64,000 bases of DNA from an uncultured Planctomycetota bacterium (lineage in GTDB: Bacteria; Planctomycetota; Planctomycetia; Isosphaerales; Isosphaeraceae), in the NCBI GenBank assembly GCA_963845755.1, contig CAWJTV010000040.1, positions 74,875 through 138,874 of the forward strand, read 5' to 3'. This document shows, one piece after another, positions 10,706 to 20,155 of this stretch. A program made the translations under genes and the position numbers. The stretch's first letter is position 1, and the number at the start of each line of letters is the position of its first letter. A model generated the notes under the pieces. It did no database searches and had not been told where the DNA came from. It saw only the letters and a program-made list of their open reading frames with translations.

Positions 10706-13360
10706 CTAGCCCAACCCGTAGAGGAGATATGGGGCCCAGAAAATCTCGTGGTCGAACCGACCGTCGGCGGACTGCCGCAGAGCTTTGACCGCCTCCTTCA
10801 GCGACACCGCAAATGCATTCGGCTCGCGGTTTGATGCGTCGAATACGTTCCGCCTCAGAGCCGCCGCGTAGTGCGAGGCAAACTCGGCAGCGGCCGCGTC
10901 GGCCAGCCACCACATCGCGCCAGACATTCGCCGGCACCCGCGGACGGCGAGGGCCGCGAAGAACCCCTCTGCTTGACGGTCGGCATCCTCTGATTTCAAT
11001 TGGGCGAGGAGGCAACAAGAGGCGTGAAACAGCCAGCACCCCCGGAAGTCATACTTGTCCGCCACGATCCGGGCGGCGGTCAACGGGGCGTCGCACAGGA
11101 AAAGCCCCGGGCTGTCGATCTGGCCCACTCCCTCGAGCTCGTCCAGTGCCGTACCGCCATGGCAGGCGGCCCATACAACGGTCGCGTCAGACAGGGCCGT
11201 CCGCATGTTGTCTCGACTGGCGTAGCGGCCGAGGTCCGACGGGTCGGAGGTCAGGTCGCCGAATACCTGCCACCGATTCGCCCCGCTGGCGGCGACCACG
11301 TTTCCAACTTCCTCGGCAACGCCAGAGATGTCATCCCCGAAACGGTACTCTCCGCTTATGCCGGTCGGGTTGGCGAACAACGCTCCCCGTAGGGGCACCG
11401 GCCCCTCAAAACGGGTAGATTGACGATCCTCGATCTGTTCAAGCGTGTGCAGCGTCCGTAGGGACAGGCCGTACCGTACCGACCCGACGGCGTCGAGGAG
11501 TGGTCGTCTGCTCAAACGGACCCAGGCCGCGTGCAACGGGAGTTGATAGAGCTGCACGTCCGGTAGGAGCACCAAGTGGAGTGTCTCCCACTTTCCGGGG
11601 TCTGGCTCGATGTGGTCGAGCAGCTGGTCGAGCTGCATGACCCGACCTAGCTCCACCATGAGACTGGCGGGGGGACGAGGGTAATCGTCGGTCGGGCCAG
11701 ACCGCGGCGGCCACTCACAGACCAGGGGCTCGAGCTCCGTGACGGGGTTGTCGGTGCCGTACCCAGTCAGCCGGTCGAGTTGCTCGCGGAGGTTGTCGGC
11801 CGAAGTGCCAAGGGTAACGAGCGGCTCGGGCAAATCCTGTTCTGTCGTATCCGTACTCCCGACGGCGGGGGCGACACCGACGACGGATAATGCCTGCGAC
11901 CACTGCTTGGTGAGGCGATTGATTTCGTGCCAGACGCCTTCGATCACGAAGTATCCGTTGGGGGCAAGTAACTCCGTTGGCTGGCCATCCGGCCCGCGAC
12001 GGACCGGGACGACGTACAGGTCGTAATTGACGAAGTCGAACAGGACGTAGACGGTGTTCGGGTAGCCGGCCGGGGAGGCCGACAACCATGCGGTGAGTTC
12101 GTCGGACAGGAGCGGACCGACCACCGGCCGTTCGGCAGGTTTGGGGTCGTCGGGGAGTTCGACGACGCAGACGGGCAGCCGGCCCGACTCATCCGTGCAA
12201 CGCCGCCCTCGTCTGATCCCCGACAGGCTTCCGATAGGGCGGGATACTCGGATGGCCCATTCCTCTTCGTCCGCAACCCACGTTCCGACAGACGGAGGAG
12301 AGGGTTGGTGGGCGTGGCGGTGGAGGGCCTCACGGACCCAGAACGCTTTGTTGCCGTCCAGGAACTCGGTGCCGACGAGTTGGCTGTGATCTTTCCACGA
12401 CAACTCCCCGTTCTCGTACCGTCTGCCTTGCGAACGAAGGCCTTCCTCAAATATGCCACTGTGATCGCGCAGCTTCGCCACAATATGATGGGGTGAGCTG
12501 CACTCGTCCGTTAACCACCACGCGAGTTCGAGCTGTGCCAGACGGTAGTACTTCACCGCCGTGCCGTACTGCTTCATGTTCGAATAAACAAAACCTATCC
12601 CTCTATATGCAAAACATTTCAATTCGCTTAGTGAGTCATCCATTCGATCGACCATTTCAGCGGCCTGACGCAAGTGCGGCTCGGCCTCCAAGGGCGAGCC
12701 GGTCGTGGCCAATAATTGAGCGTGTTGAAAATAGGCATGGAATCTGGTGCGTGCGAGCAACTCTGGGACGTCACGCGACTCGTCCGAGGTGACCGACCCA
12801 GTAGCAGTCCTCAACCCGTCTGCCAGGTCGGCTGCTCGCGTCAGGTACGGCTCGGCTTCCTTGGTGCGTTGATGCCTGAGAAGGAAGTAACCGTAGTTTT
12901 CGAAGGCGCGGCACCGGATGATTGGACCCACTGCTTCGCTGGTGGGATCCATCTTTTCGCTGAGCTGAGCAGCCTGATACAGATACTGCCCGGCCTCCGA
13001 TACGCGATCGGCTTCCTCGCACTTGTGGCCGAGCTTAACGAGAAAATCGACGCGTTTGTAGTCGTATCTGATCCTCTGAACCAACGCCGCCATGTCCTCG
13101 ATGACGTCCCCTGTCGTGACCACAACGCCCTCGACACCCACCATCATCTCGCTGTCGATTATGACAATAGATTGAGATTGGTTATCGTCTGCTTGAAGTA
13201 CGCCAATAGCTGGAGTGTTGCTTGCGTGGACTTTGAGACTGGATCGAATGTCGGGTAGTTGTGGATCTTCCTTGGCCTCCTGCACCTGGTCAAGGGGGGC
13301 AATCCGCACGACTTCCGAGGGGTGCTTACGGGCCGACGGCTTCCTCCGCTTCCTGGCCAT
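10706..13360 (-). CDS. TPR-repeat + CHAT (caspase-like) protease
   Basis: TPR-like helices (AFENYGYFL...EAEPYLTRA; AYRGIGFVYSNMKQYGTAVKYYRLA). CHAT motifs LVLLPDVQLYQLPLHAA, WAACHG (His), FHASCC (Cys), GCRRMSGAMWWLAD, FWAPYLLYG. Confidence 0.85.
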   Translation of the reverse strand: MARKRRKPSARKHPSEVVRIAPLDQVQEAKEDPQLPDIRSSLKVHASNTPAIGVLQADDNQSQSIVIIDSEMMVGVEGVVVTTGDVIEDMAALVQRIRYDYKRVDFLVKLGHKCEEADRVSEAGQYLYQAAQLSEKMDPTSEAVGPIIRCRAFENYGYFLLRHQRTKEAEPYLTRAADLADGLRTATGSVTSDESRDVPELLARTRFHAYFQHAQLLATTGSPLEAEPHLRQAAEMVDRMDDSLSELKCFAYRGIGFVYSNMKQYGTAVKYYRLAQLELAWWLTDECSSPHHIVAKLRDHSGIFEEGLRSQGRRYENGELSWKDHSQLVGTEFLDGNKAFWVREALHRHAHQPSPPSVGTWVADEEEWAIRVSRPIGSLSGIRRGRRCTDESGRLPVCVVELPDDPKPAERPVVGPLLSDELTAWLSASPAGYPNTVYVLFDFVNYDLYVVPVRRGPDGQPTELLAPNGYFVIEGVWHEINRLTKQWSQALSVVGVAPAVGSTDTTEQDLPEPLVTLGTSADNLREQLDRLTGYGTDNPVTELEPLVCEWPPRSGPTDDYPRPPASLMVELGRVMQLDQLLDHIEPDPGKWETLHLVLLPDVQLYQLPLHAAWVRLSRRPLLDAVGSVRYGLSLRTLHTLEQIEDRQSTRFEGPVPLRGALFANPTGISGEYRFGDDISGVAEEVGNVVAASGANRWQVFGDLTSDPSDLGRYASRDNMRTALSDATVVWAACHGGTALDELEGVGQIDSPGLFLCDAPLTAARIVADKYDFRGCWLFHASCCLLAQLKSEDADRQAEGFFAALAVRGCRRMSGAMWWLADAAAAEFASHYAAALRRNVFDASNREPNAFAVSLKEAVKALRQSADGRFDHEIFWAPYLLYGLG

Positions 13361-13853
13361 GAGGTCTCACCCTTTCTTGAGGACGCGCCCCTACCTTGGA
13401 GGCCATTTCGGCGGAGTATCCCAACGCCTTGACGAACTCGACGACCGCCCGTTCCCGAGCGTCTGCGGGGAACAGAGACGCCAGTTCGCGCAACATCTGA
13501 GGCAACACCTTGTCCGGAGAGAGGGTCGCTTTGTACGCCACTTTCTGGGCGGCCCGCGAGGAGCCGAGCGACGACCGGACTCCGGCTCTCACAAGCGGGG
13601 TCGGCTTCCCGCCGTCAAACTGCATTTCGCGGAATACCCCTTTGGCCACCCCGTTCCGTAGGGTTGTGGCCACGGTCGTCAGCGCGGGCTCTGGGAGTCC
13701 GAGTTCCCGCCGGCGGGCGGCGACCTTATCCCTCACCTCGGACAGGTAGGCGGCCTCGCGGCCCTCGGCGGTGAGGCTCCAAAGACCTTGCAGGACTTCC
13801 ACTTCGGCGAACGTGGGGGTGACGACCGTCGGCTTATCCACGCGAGACCTCAA
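13326..13853 (-). CDS. BlaI/MecI/CopY-family transcriptional repressor
   Basis: PTFAEVEVLQGLW...SEVRDKV...PALTTVATTLRNGVAKG winged-helix signature; likely start is the GTG at 13841 behind GAGG. Confidence 0.7.
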   Translation of the reverse strand: MRSRVDKPTVVTPTFAEVEVLQGLWSLTAEGREAAYLSEVRDKVAARRRELGLPEPALTTVATTLRNGVAKGVFREMQFDGGKPTPLVRAGVRSSLGSSRAAQKVAYKATLSPDKVLPQMLRELASLFPADARERAVVEFVKALGYSAEMASKVGARPQERVRPHGQEAEEAVGP

Positions 13854-13873
13854 AAAAACTGGCGGGTACTTGA

Positions 13874-13890
13874 TAACTAATCTCTAGTTA
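13874..13890. promoter_or_regulatory. candidate operator palindrome TAACTA-N5-TAGTTA in the divergent promoter region
   Basis: Inverted repeat in an AT-rich stretch just upstream of the repressor gene, further flanked by TACT/AGTA. Confidence 0.45.
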
Positions 13891-14191
13891 CCGTAGTATA
13901 AGTCAGTCACAGAACCCATAGTAACGACAGGGAGCAGCGAAGTCCAGTAGAAGAAGTCCCCGAAGCTCGGCAAGGGATGCGAACTGGTTTCCGTCCGTCT
14001 TGCTTGAAAGGTTGAATCCCCGGGGAGTAGCTGCCCCGTTCCTGTTCAAGCGGAACCCGAAACCATCGGGAGGATCGCCGTGCGCGCCTCCAAGGCCCGG
14101 AGCCAACACCCGTGACTCCCGCCGCAAAGCAACGACCCTCAACCCGGATCTCCCGCACCACCACGTTCAACACCTTGAGAAGGAGCCCTCG

Positions 14192-16127
14192 ATGCCTCGA
14201 CAACGAAAGCATGCGTACCAGATCGAGAAGTTGAATCAACTGGAAAACCGCGCCCTCATGACGGCCCGGATCGCCGCGTCCGTCATCCCCGAGACCTCCC
14301 CCTGGAATGTCCGGAAGCCGATCATCGCGGTCCTCGACGGACCCACCGGCTCTGAACACGCGGCCGATGTCGTCAATGTCATTCAACGACGCATTTATGC
14401 GTCCGGCCTGTCGCCGGGGAATGTCACCATCATGCAACTGGTGGTCGAGGACCCCGCTGGCCGTGTCATTCCCGCCGAACTCATCCAGGCCGTGGCTTCC
14501 GCGAAGGCGAACGGGGCCACGGTCGCGAACCTGAGCTTTCGCTTGGATTCGCTGCGTCCCGAGGATTGGGACGCCCTGGCCGCCGCAGCCGGGGATCTCC
14601 CGCTGGTCGTTGCCTCAGGAAATGATGGACAGTCCTCGACGTTGGCCGTGTCGCTGAAGGCGAAGGGCTTTAATGCCCTTGTCGTCGGCGCTTCTGACGG
14701 GCATGGTCGCCGCTCCTCGTTCAGCGACTACGGACCGGGCATCATCTTCGCACCGGGGCAGCGGCTCCGCGTGAATGACCCCGTCTTCGGCCGTGGTCTG
14801 GTGAGCGGGACATCGTTCGCGGCGGCTAACAAGTCGGCGGAGATGGCTGTCATCGCCGCGAGACATCCCGAGTTGAGTCCGGACCAGGCCGCTGACCGAG
14901 TGCGCCGCTCCGATGCCACGGTCTGGGGCCCCGAGGAGGGATTTTCCAAGGACTCGCTCCATCGCCGCGCGGCTGTCGCCAATACAATCGGGGGCAGTCC
15001 TGGCACCTTGGCTGGTGCGAAGAGTGACCAGCTTAGTTGGCTCAGCCACGCCATCGGCGGCATCACCAACACCTTCAAGGGGGTCTTCAACAAGCTTGCA
15101 GACACCCTCAAGAAGATCGACAGTGGAATCGGGGACCTTTTCCAAAACCTGATTCCGTCGAAACAAAGTATCAAGCGCGTTCTGAATGCACTCGTGCATG
15201 GAAATCTATTGGATCTCCTCCCGACCGTGGAGGCTCTCGGATTCCACATCAGCAGTGACAACTACGGCGAAGTCGTCAATGACCTTGCCCGTAAGTATGG
15301 TCGCGGCAACGTCTATGTCGCCTCCCAGGACTTCGTCCGGTGGTTAGGCCCCCCGACGATGATCAGAGACGGCTTGGCGATTGGCGCTACCGGAGGGGTC
15401 GGTCTTGCATTGACAATTGACGACGTGAAAGCTCACGTCGAGCAAGAGTGGCCACCCCTTCGCAACTGGCTGATCAAGCGGGGCATTGACAATGTTCGAC
15501 TCCGTCTTGAACTCGATCGTCTCGGGCTCCTCCGAGGATAACCCCTACTTCGCGATCAAGTGGCCTCACTTCTCGGTCCGCTACAAGGCCAGTTACGTCT
15601 TCGGCGCCATCAGACCAACAGTGACCCTCACACACTACGGTTTCGCCGTGGTCTTCAAGAGTCCCGGGTCGTCCAGCCAGTCATCCAACCCCCCGAGTGC
15701 GCCTCCCACGGCAAGCGGCAACCAGCCTCCTGCAACGTCCCCCCCGGGCGGCAGCAACCCGACCCCGGTATCGCCTCCCCCGCCTAGCGACCCCGGGCCT
15801 CCCGCTAACATCACCATCGCCAAGGTTGAAGGGAAATTCCCAGATTACGTCGCCATCACAAACTCTGGTGAGAACCTCGATCTCGAGAATTTCATCCTCA
15901 AGGAGGGCAACAACTCATTCACGTTTCCGGCCATCACCATTGGGGCTGGCCACACCATCCGGGTGTACTTCGTGAGTGACAATGACTCTTACCGCCTCGG
16001 CCAGGCCGAGACCGCCAAGGGGCCAGAGGACCTCCTCTACCAAGGTTGGGGAATAAGTTCTGGGGAGGTTGTCGACTTTTTGGATCGACAGGGGAATGTC
16101 CTTAGCCAAGTTCAGGCCACGGACTGA
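14192..16127 (+). CDS. secreted S8 subtilase with Pro/Ser linker and C-terminal lamin-tail-like domain (one frameshift near 15495)
   Basis: AAGGAG RBS; leader MPRQRKH...QLENRALM. Triad IAVLDG / SEHAADV / SGTSFAA, oxyanion ASGND, SSFSDYG and IFAPG. C-terminal DYVAITNSGENLDLENFILKEG...FTFPAITIGAGHTIRVY. Confidence 0.75.
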
Positions 16128-16329
16128 CGACTGGTCACACCCGGGACGAGTAGGAGGCGACTCTCTCCATGGCCCCGGGTCTGAAGCTCTGGGGCGAACC
16201 AACTATCTGATGAGGCGGCGAGGCGCCTGGGAGGAGCTGATCCTCTCAGGCGTCGCTTGTTTGCTGAGCACCCGCTCACGTCCGCTCCGCCAGCCTGCTG
16301 AACGACCGTCACGGTGAAGATCGTTGTTT

Positions 16330-16354
16330 TTTTCTCCGTTGCTATCGGAACCCC
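16330..16354 (-). repeat. Tn3-like terminal IR relic (GGGGTTCCGATAGCAACGGAGAAAA); second copy at 48133-48157
   Basis: 25 bp, one mismatch to the second copy; lies exactly where the Tn3 tnpA stub ends. Confidence 0.6.
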
Positions 16355-16406
16355 GTATCTTTTGTCCTGGTCTTCACTGAGGAAACTAACCGGCATACGG
16401 TCCACC

Positions 16407-16530
16407 GCGTCGCAAAAGTTGTAAGTTGTGCGACGCCAGCATGCTGGACGGAAACGCTTCACTTTTCTCGTTGCAAATCATAGGAGCAGAATGCTATGGT
16501 TTCGCAACATCATTTGCAACAGCTTTTTAC
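16407..16530. promoter_or_regulatory. putative res site between tnpA and tnpR
   Basis: Palindrome GCGTCGCA...TGCGACGC (16407-16436) plus AT-rich GCAACA subsites, in the position expected for Tn3-type res. Confidence 0.5.
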
Positions 16531-16535
16531 CACTT

Positions 16536-17111
16536 ATGTATATTGGGTACGCCAGAGTATCGACTGAGGATCAAAACCTGGACATTCAGGTCAACGCCCT
16601 CAAGCAGGCCGGTTGTAGAATTATCTTCCAGGAAAAACTCTCCGGAGCGCACCGCCAACGCCCCGAACTCGCCAAGCTGCTGGAGCAACTCCGCGAAGGA
16701 GATGCGGTCGTGATCTGGAAACTTGACCGGCTTGCCCGCTCGACCCGCGACTTGCTCGATATCGCCGATGCCACCGCCAAGGCTGGTGCTGGACTCAAAT
16801 CGCTCTCCGAGCCCTGGGCGGATACCACGTCGCCCGCCGGGCGGATGGTGCTGACTGTCTTTGCCGGCATCGCGGAATTCGAGCGCGAACTGATCCGGGA
16901 ACGCACCGGAACCGGCAGGACGGCCGCTATGAAACGGGGAGTGCGTTTCGGGCGGCCCGCCAGCCTGAGTGGGGAGCAGGCCATGCTGGCAAAGCGGCTT
17001 ATTGACGAAGGCAAATCTGCCAAGGAAGTCGCCAAGACATTCGGCGTTAATCGCTCAACTGTTTATAGAACAATGGCATCTGTGGGATGCCTAAACGGTG
17101 CGATTCGCTGA
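16536..17111 (+). CDS. tnpR: Tn3-type serine resolvase
   Basis: IGYARVSTEDQN, KLDRLARS, AEFERELIRERT, GVRFGRP and a C-terminal HTH. Confidence 0.95.
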   Translation: MYIGYARVSTEDQNLDIQVNALKQAGCRIIFQEKLSGAHRQRPELAKLLEQLREGDAVVIWKLDRLARSTRDLLDIADATAKAGAGLKSLSEPWADTTSPAGRMVLTVFAGIAEFERELIRERTGTGRTAAMKRGVRFGRPASLSGEQAMLAKRLIDEGKSAKEVAKTFGVNRSTVYRTMASVGCLNGAIR

Positions 17112-17149
17112 GTCATAATAGATAACATTTCTCAAGAAGGAAAAACACT

Positions 17150-17811
17150 ATGGCCTATCGTACGGTTCCTGAGTTTTCAAGACTTCCGCTGATTCCTTTG
17201 TCACAAGCAACTGTGGATGCGTATGAGGAGATCACCGAAAAATTTTACCATGTCGATGAGGCCGGTATAGCAGGCTTATTAAATATCTTACCGGCTCAAG
17301 AACATCTCGAGAGATTAATGAGTGGTGAGGCTTATACCGGAACATCAGATCCAAACGAGGCCATGAAGGGCATCCTCTATGGCGCTTCACAACATGAAGC
17401 TGAAGAAGCTGGCATCTCAGTGCAAACAGCCAAACAGATTAAGCACTTGCTAGCATCAAGTACGCTTTTTGATCGTATCCGCAAGAGTTTCAGTTTGGCA
17501 GACCCCACACAGAAAGAAGCTTTTTTGAAAATTATGCCGACGAATTGTCACTCAGAACTTACCAGTGCTGATACCGAGTTGTTTGGTTCTCCTGATGAAA
17601 AGGGCAAGAACGCTCTGCAAAAATGAATGCTATCATGGCGCATATATCAAGCGACCCTCAAGTATCCGACAAGCTGCAACGCATATGTGAGGCGGTCTAT
17701 ACGATGGCTACTGCCGACACGCCTCTTACCTATACGGAAGCACTGGCAAGAGTCAGTAAAACTACCCACATTCCGCCTGCGCGTGGGGGCAAAGAGCAAT
17801 TGGGAGCATAA
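17150..17811 (+). CDS. low-GC hypothetical passenger protein (two overlapping ORFs, possibly one frameshifted gene)
   Basis: AAGGA RBS; ORFs 17150-17626 and 17623-17811; markedly AT-richer than the surroundings. Confidence 0.55.
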
Positions 17812-17918
17812 TGGGGCAATCAACTACCGTGCGATCTCAACGAAGGAACAACAGCTATTGATCGATGCGCCCCTTCACCGCTTATGTCGGTTTTCTGTTC
17901 CGTTACTGCCCATACCCC

Positions 17919-18220
17919 TCATTGAGGAATGGAAGTCCGCCCGGACGCTCAGGCCGTGGCACCGGGCACAGATGGGCTGCTACTTCCTGCTCGTCGAGGA
18001 GGAACTGCGGATTCGTCCGTCGCATGGCTTCATCGTTCTGGGCGACGACACGCGGCACCGCATTGACAATACCGAGGAACTGCGGGCCTGGGTGCTCGGC
18101 CTGGCCGGGCAGATTCGGGCAGCGCGCGCGGCTGTCGGCGTCCCGATCCCGGTCGAGCCGAAACCGGGGCAGTGCCGGCCGTGCGGGATGCGTGGCCATT
18201 GCAGGCAGGCAATGGCATGA
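17919..18220 (+). pseudogene. 3' fragment of a solo Cas4-like PD-(D/E)XK nuclease
   Basis: EEWKS...HRAQMGCYFLL...QCRPCGMRGHC (ExK, QxxxY, CxxC-x5-C); begins at the Tn3 IR. Confidence 0.75.
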
Positions 18221-18238
18221 GATTATTTATAACATCAT

Positions 18239-18955
18239 TTAGGCATCGATTCCGGCGGTTTCAACGGTAGTAGCTTCAGCCAAAGTATCCAAATGGTCTA
18301 TGAGTTCCACGCCGTTGATCAGTTTGAGGCGATAAGGAATGTGTGGCTTGATGAAGGGGTCGTCCTTAATCATCGGTGCGAAGTCCGAAGTGGTCGTAAC
18401 TATTCCCTGAGTCGCATTATGATCTGATAGAAGAACTCCAATGAGAGCGCGCACATCGTTGGCCGGAACGAGATGGCCAGGACCATAGGCTTTTACTTGA
18501 TCGATGATGCGAACCGACCAGTATCCCCGCTTTACTGCGATGACATCCCTGCCATAGTCGCCGCTACGTGGCGTCAGGATCACCTCGTCGAAACCTGCTC
18601 TCTCATAAGCTCCGGCGATTAGTTCCTCCCACTTGCGGGGATCAAGTTGATAGATGATCGAAGGGTCACGTTTTATCCAACGTGCTATCTCGAACCATGC
18701 AGGTGCAACACTCTCGATAAATGCCCCTTCGTGCGTTTTCTTTCCAAAGGTTACGGCTGCCTGAAGGAGTAAGCCATGATTGAAAATGGCAGATGCAGAT
18801 ACGGAATCCGAAACGTTTATGCTGTCAGCGACAAATACGTGAAACGTTCGTTCCATTGATCCGCAAGTTGGACATGGTGAGCGCTGCTCGATCGGCAGAT
18901 CCGCCGATTCGTTCAGAATCGCTCCACACCGCGTACAACTTACTGACCTTGCCAT
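18239..18955 (-). CDS. Mrr-like (type IV) restriction endonuclease with N-terminal Zn ribbon
   Basis: CTRCG...CPTCG; LDPRKWEELIA...SGDYGRDVIA...IDQVKAY...GIVTTTSDF. Confidence 0.85.
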   Translation of the reverse strand: MARSVSCTRCGAILNESADLPIEQRSPCPTCGSMERTFHVFVADSINVSDSVSASAIFNHGLLLQAAVTFGKKTHEGAFIESVAPAWFEIARWIKRDPSIIYQLDPRKWEELIAGAYERAGFDEVILTPRSGDYGRDVIAVKRGYWSVRIIDQVKAYGPGHLVPANDVRALIGVLLSDHNATQGIVTTTSDFAPMIKDDPFIKPHIPYRLKLINGVELIDHLDTLAEATTVETAGIDA

Positions 18956-19085
18956 TGGATTCTCTCATGGTAACTGAGCCAGCGTAATAGCCGACCGTTC
19001 AAGCGGTTTGATTCTACGAAACCGGGTTCATAGTGGCAAGATGTTCACAAGCGGTAGGAATACCTCGTCCGACAGAGGAGGTCCC

Positions 19086-20084
19086 TCACAATTGGGAGGC
19101 AAGGCATTCGACAAGGTCGGCGAGACGATTAACCGCGCTATCCTTGATGATGAGCTTCTGTCCGACCCGGTAGGTCGTGTCCTGGGTCTTGTCGATGTAT
19201 TCCTGGTCCACGATGCCCTCGCGATGCGCCAGGAGGTGCCGCTGCTGAAAGAAAACCTTGAGGGCGGCAAGGGACGGAGAGTCCAGGAAGTCCTCATAGC
19301 CCTTGCCTGTGGCCGATCGCCAGAGCGTGCTCGACTCACCGATGTTTTGAAAGAGATTTTTTCGGACGGTGAAGGTGCCGGCGTTCGGCAGGGAATGAAA
19401 TCTCGCCTCGGCGTAACGCTGAAAAGAAGCGACGAGCTTGACCAGGCCGTTCTCCAGGATGTGGCGGGCGGTGTTTGCCGCCACATCATCGTCGGCACCG
19501 GCCTTCACGGCGGCCATGATGGCAGCAAGGGAGGCGACGGAGGCGCGCACCGTCTCAACAGCGGCAGCAAAGGTGGTTTTCGCCGAGTTGTGGCCACAGG
19601 CGGGGCAGAAGAAAGCGGCGCCGAGCGAGCTGTAGCGGCAGCCGCAAGACTCGCATGTGAAATGCTGGCGGAGGCAATCCGCAGCGTTTGGAGGTATGAC
19701 GATAACCGGATGGCCTGGCTGATATGACATAGAGAGCTGGATGAAGCCGCCGCGCGGTTGCATGGCGTTGAACCGCTGGCTGTCCTCGGTCAAAGCCGTC
19801 CGGACGGTTCTCTCAAGGTAAGCGAGGCCGGTCTGGCGGATATACCGCCACTGTCCGGGAGTGTTCCACTCGGAGGCTTTGGCCTCGTGGCGGCAGAGGG
19901 GGCAATAGGCACCTTCATCCCGGACTTTATGCTCCCAGTCGTCGAAGAGGACCTTGAATTCAGCCTGGCACTCTTCTGACGGGCAAAGCCGGTCGAGTTG
20001 GCCGTCGTCGTCCAGCGGGATTTTGATTGGCACAGGGACTCCGCCTTCGAGCCGGTTCAATTCTCGCAGCAGCTTGTCGAACAT
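19086..20084 (-). CDS. double Zn-finger protein with C-terminal HEPN-like RxxxxH motif
   Basis: CPSEEC/CPLC and CESC/CPAC pairs; helical C-terminal domain with FQQRHLLAHREGIVD. Confidence 0.65.
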   Translation of the reverse strand: MFDKLLRELNRLEGGVPVPIKIPLDDDGQLDRLCPSEECQAEFKVLFDDWEHKVRDEGAYCPLCRHEAKASEWNTPGQWRYIRQTGLAYLERTVRTALTEDSQRFNAMQPRGGFIQLSMSYQPGHPVIVIPPNAADCLRQHFTCESCGCRYSSLGAAFFCPACGHNSAKTTFAAAVETVRASVASLAAIMAAVKAGADDDVAANTARHILENGLVKLVASFQRYAEARFHSLPNAGTFTVRKNLFQNIGESSTLWRSATGKGYEDFLDSPSLAALKVFFQQRHLLAHREGIVDQEYIDKTQDTTYRVGQKLIIKDSAVNRLADLVECLASQL

Positions 20085-20155
20085 ACGTGTTATGCTCCGC
20101 TGACCTTAGCGTCATGCACCTTGGGTGGACGCATGTTTCCATCATACCGGGCGTC

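Larger units (their letters stand above)
16355..17918. mobile_element. Tn3-family transposon remnant (tnpA stub, res, tnpR, passenger gene, one IR)
   Basis: tnpA start MPVSFLSEDQDKRYG on the minus strand (from 16396), divergent resolvase, and a 38-bp IR GGGGTATGGGCAGTAACGGAACAGAAAACCGACATAAG at 17918-17881. Confidence 0.8.

Noticed and set aside
16176..16214. GGGTCTGAAGCTCTGGGGCGAACCAACT as a Tn3 left IR pairing with 16330-16354
   Set aside because: It is only loosely Tn3-like, is not complementary to the 16354 end, and I found no target duplication.
17919..18220. Cas4-like motif as evidence of a CRISPR-Cas locus
   Set aside because: No repeat-spacer array or other cas genes are visible in the window; it is a truncated solo nuclease.
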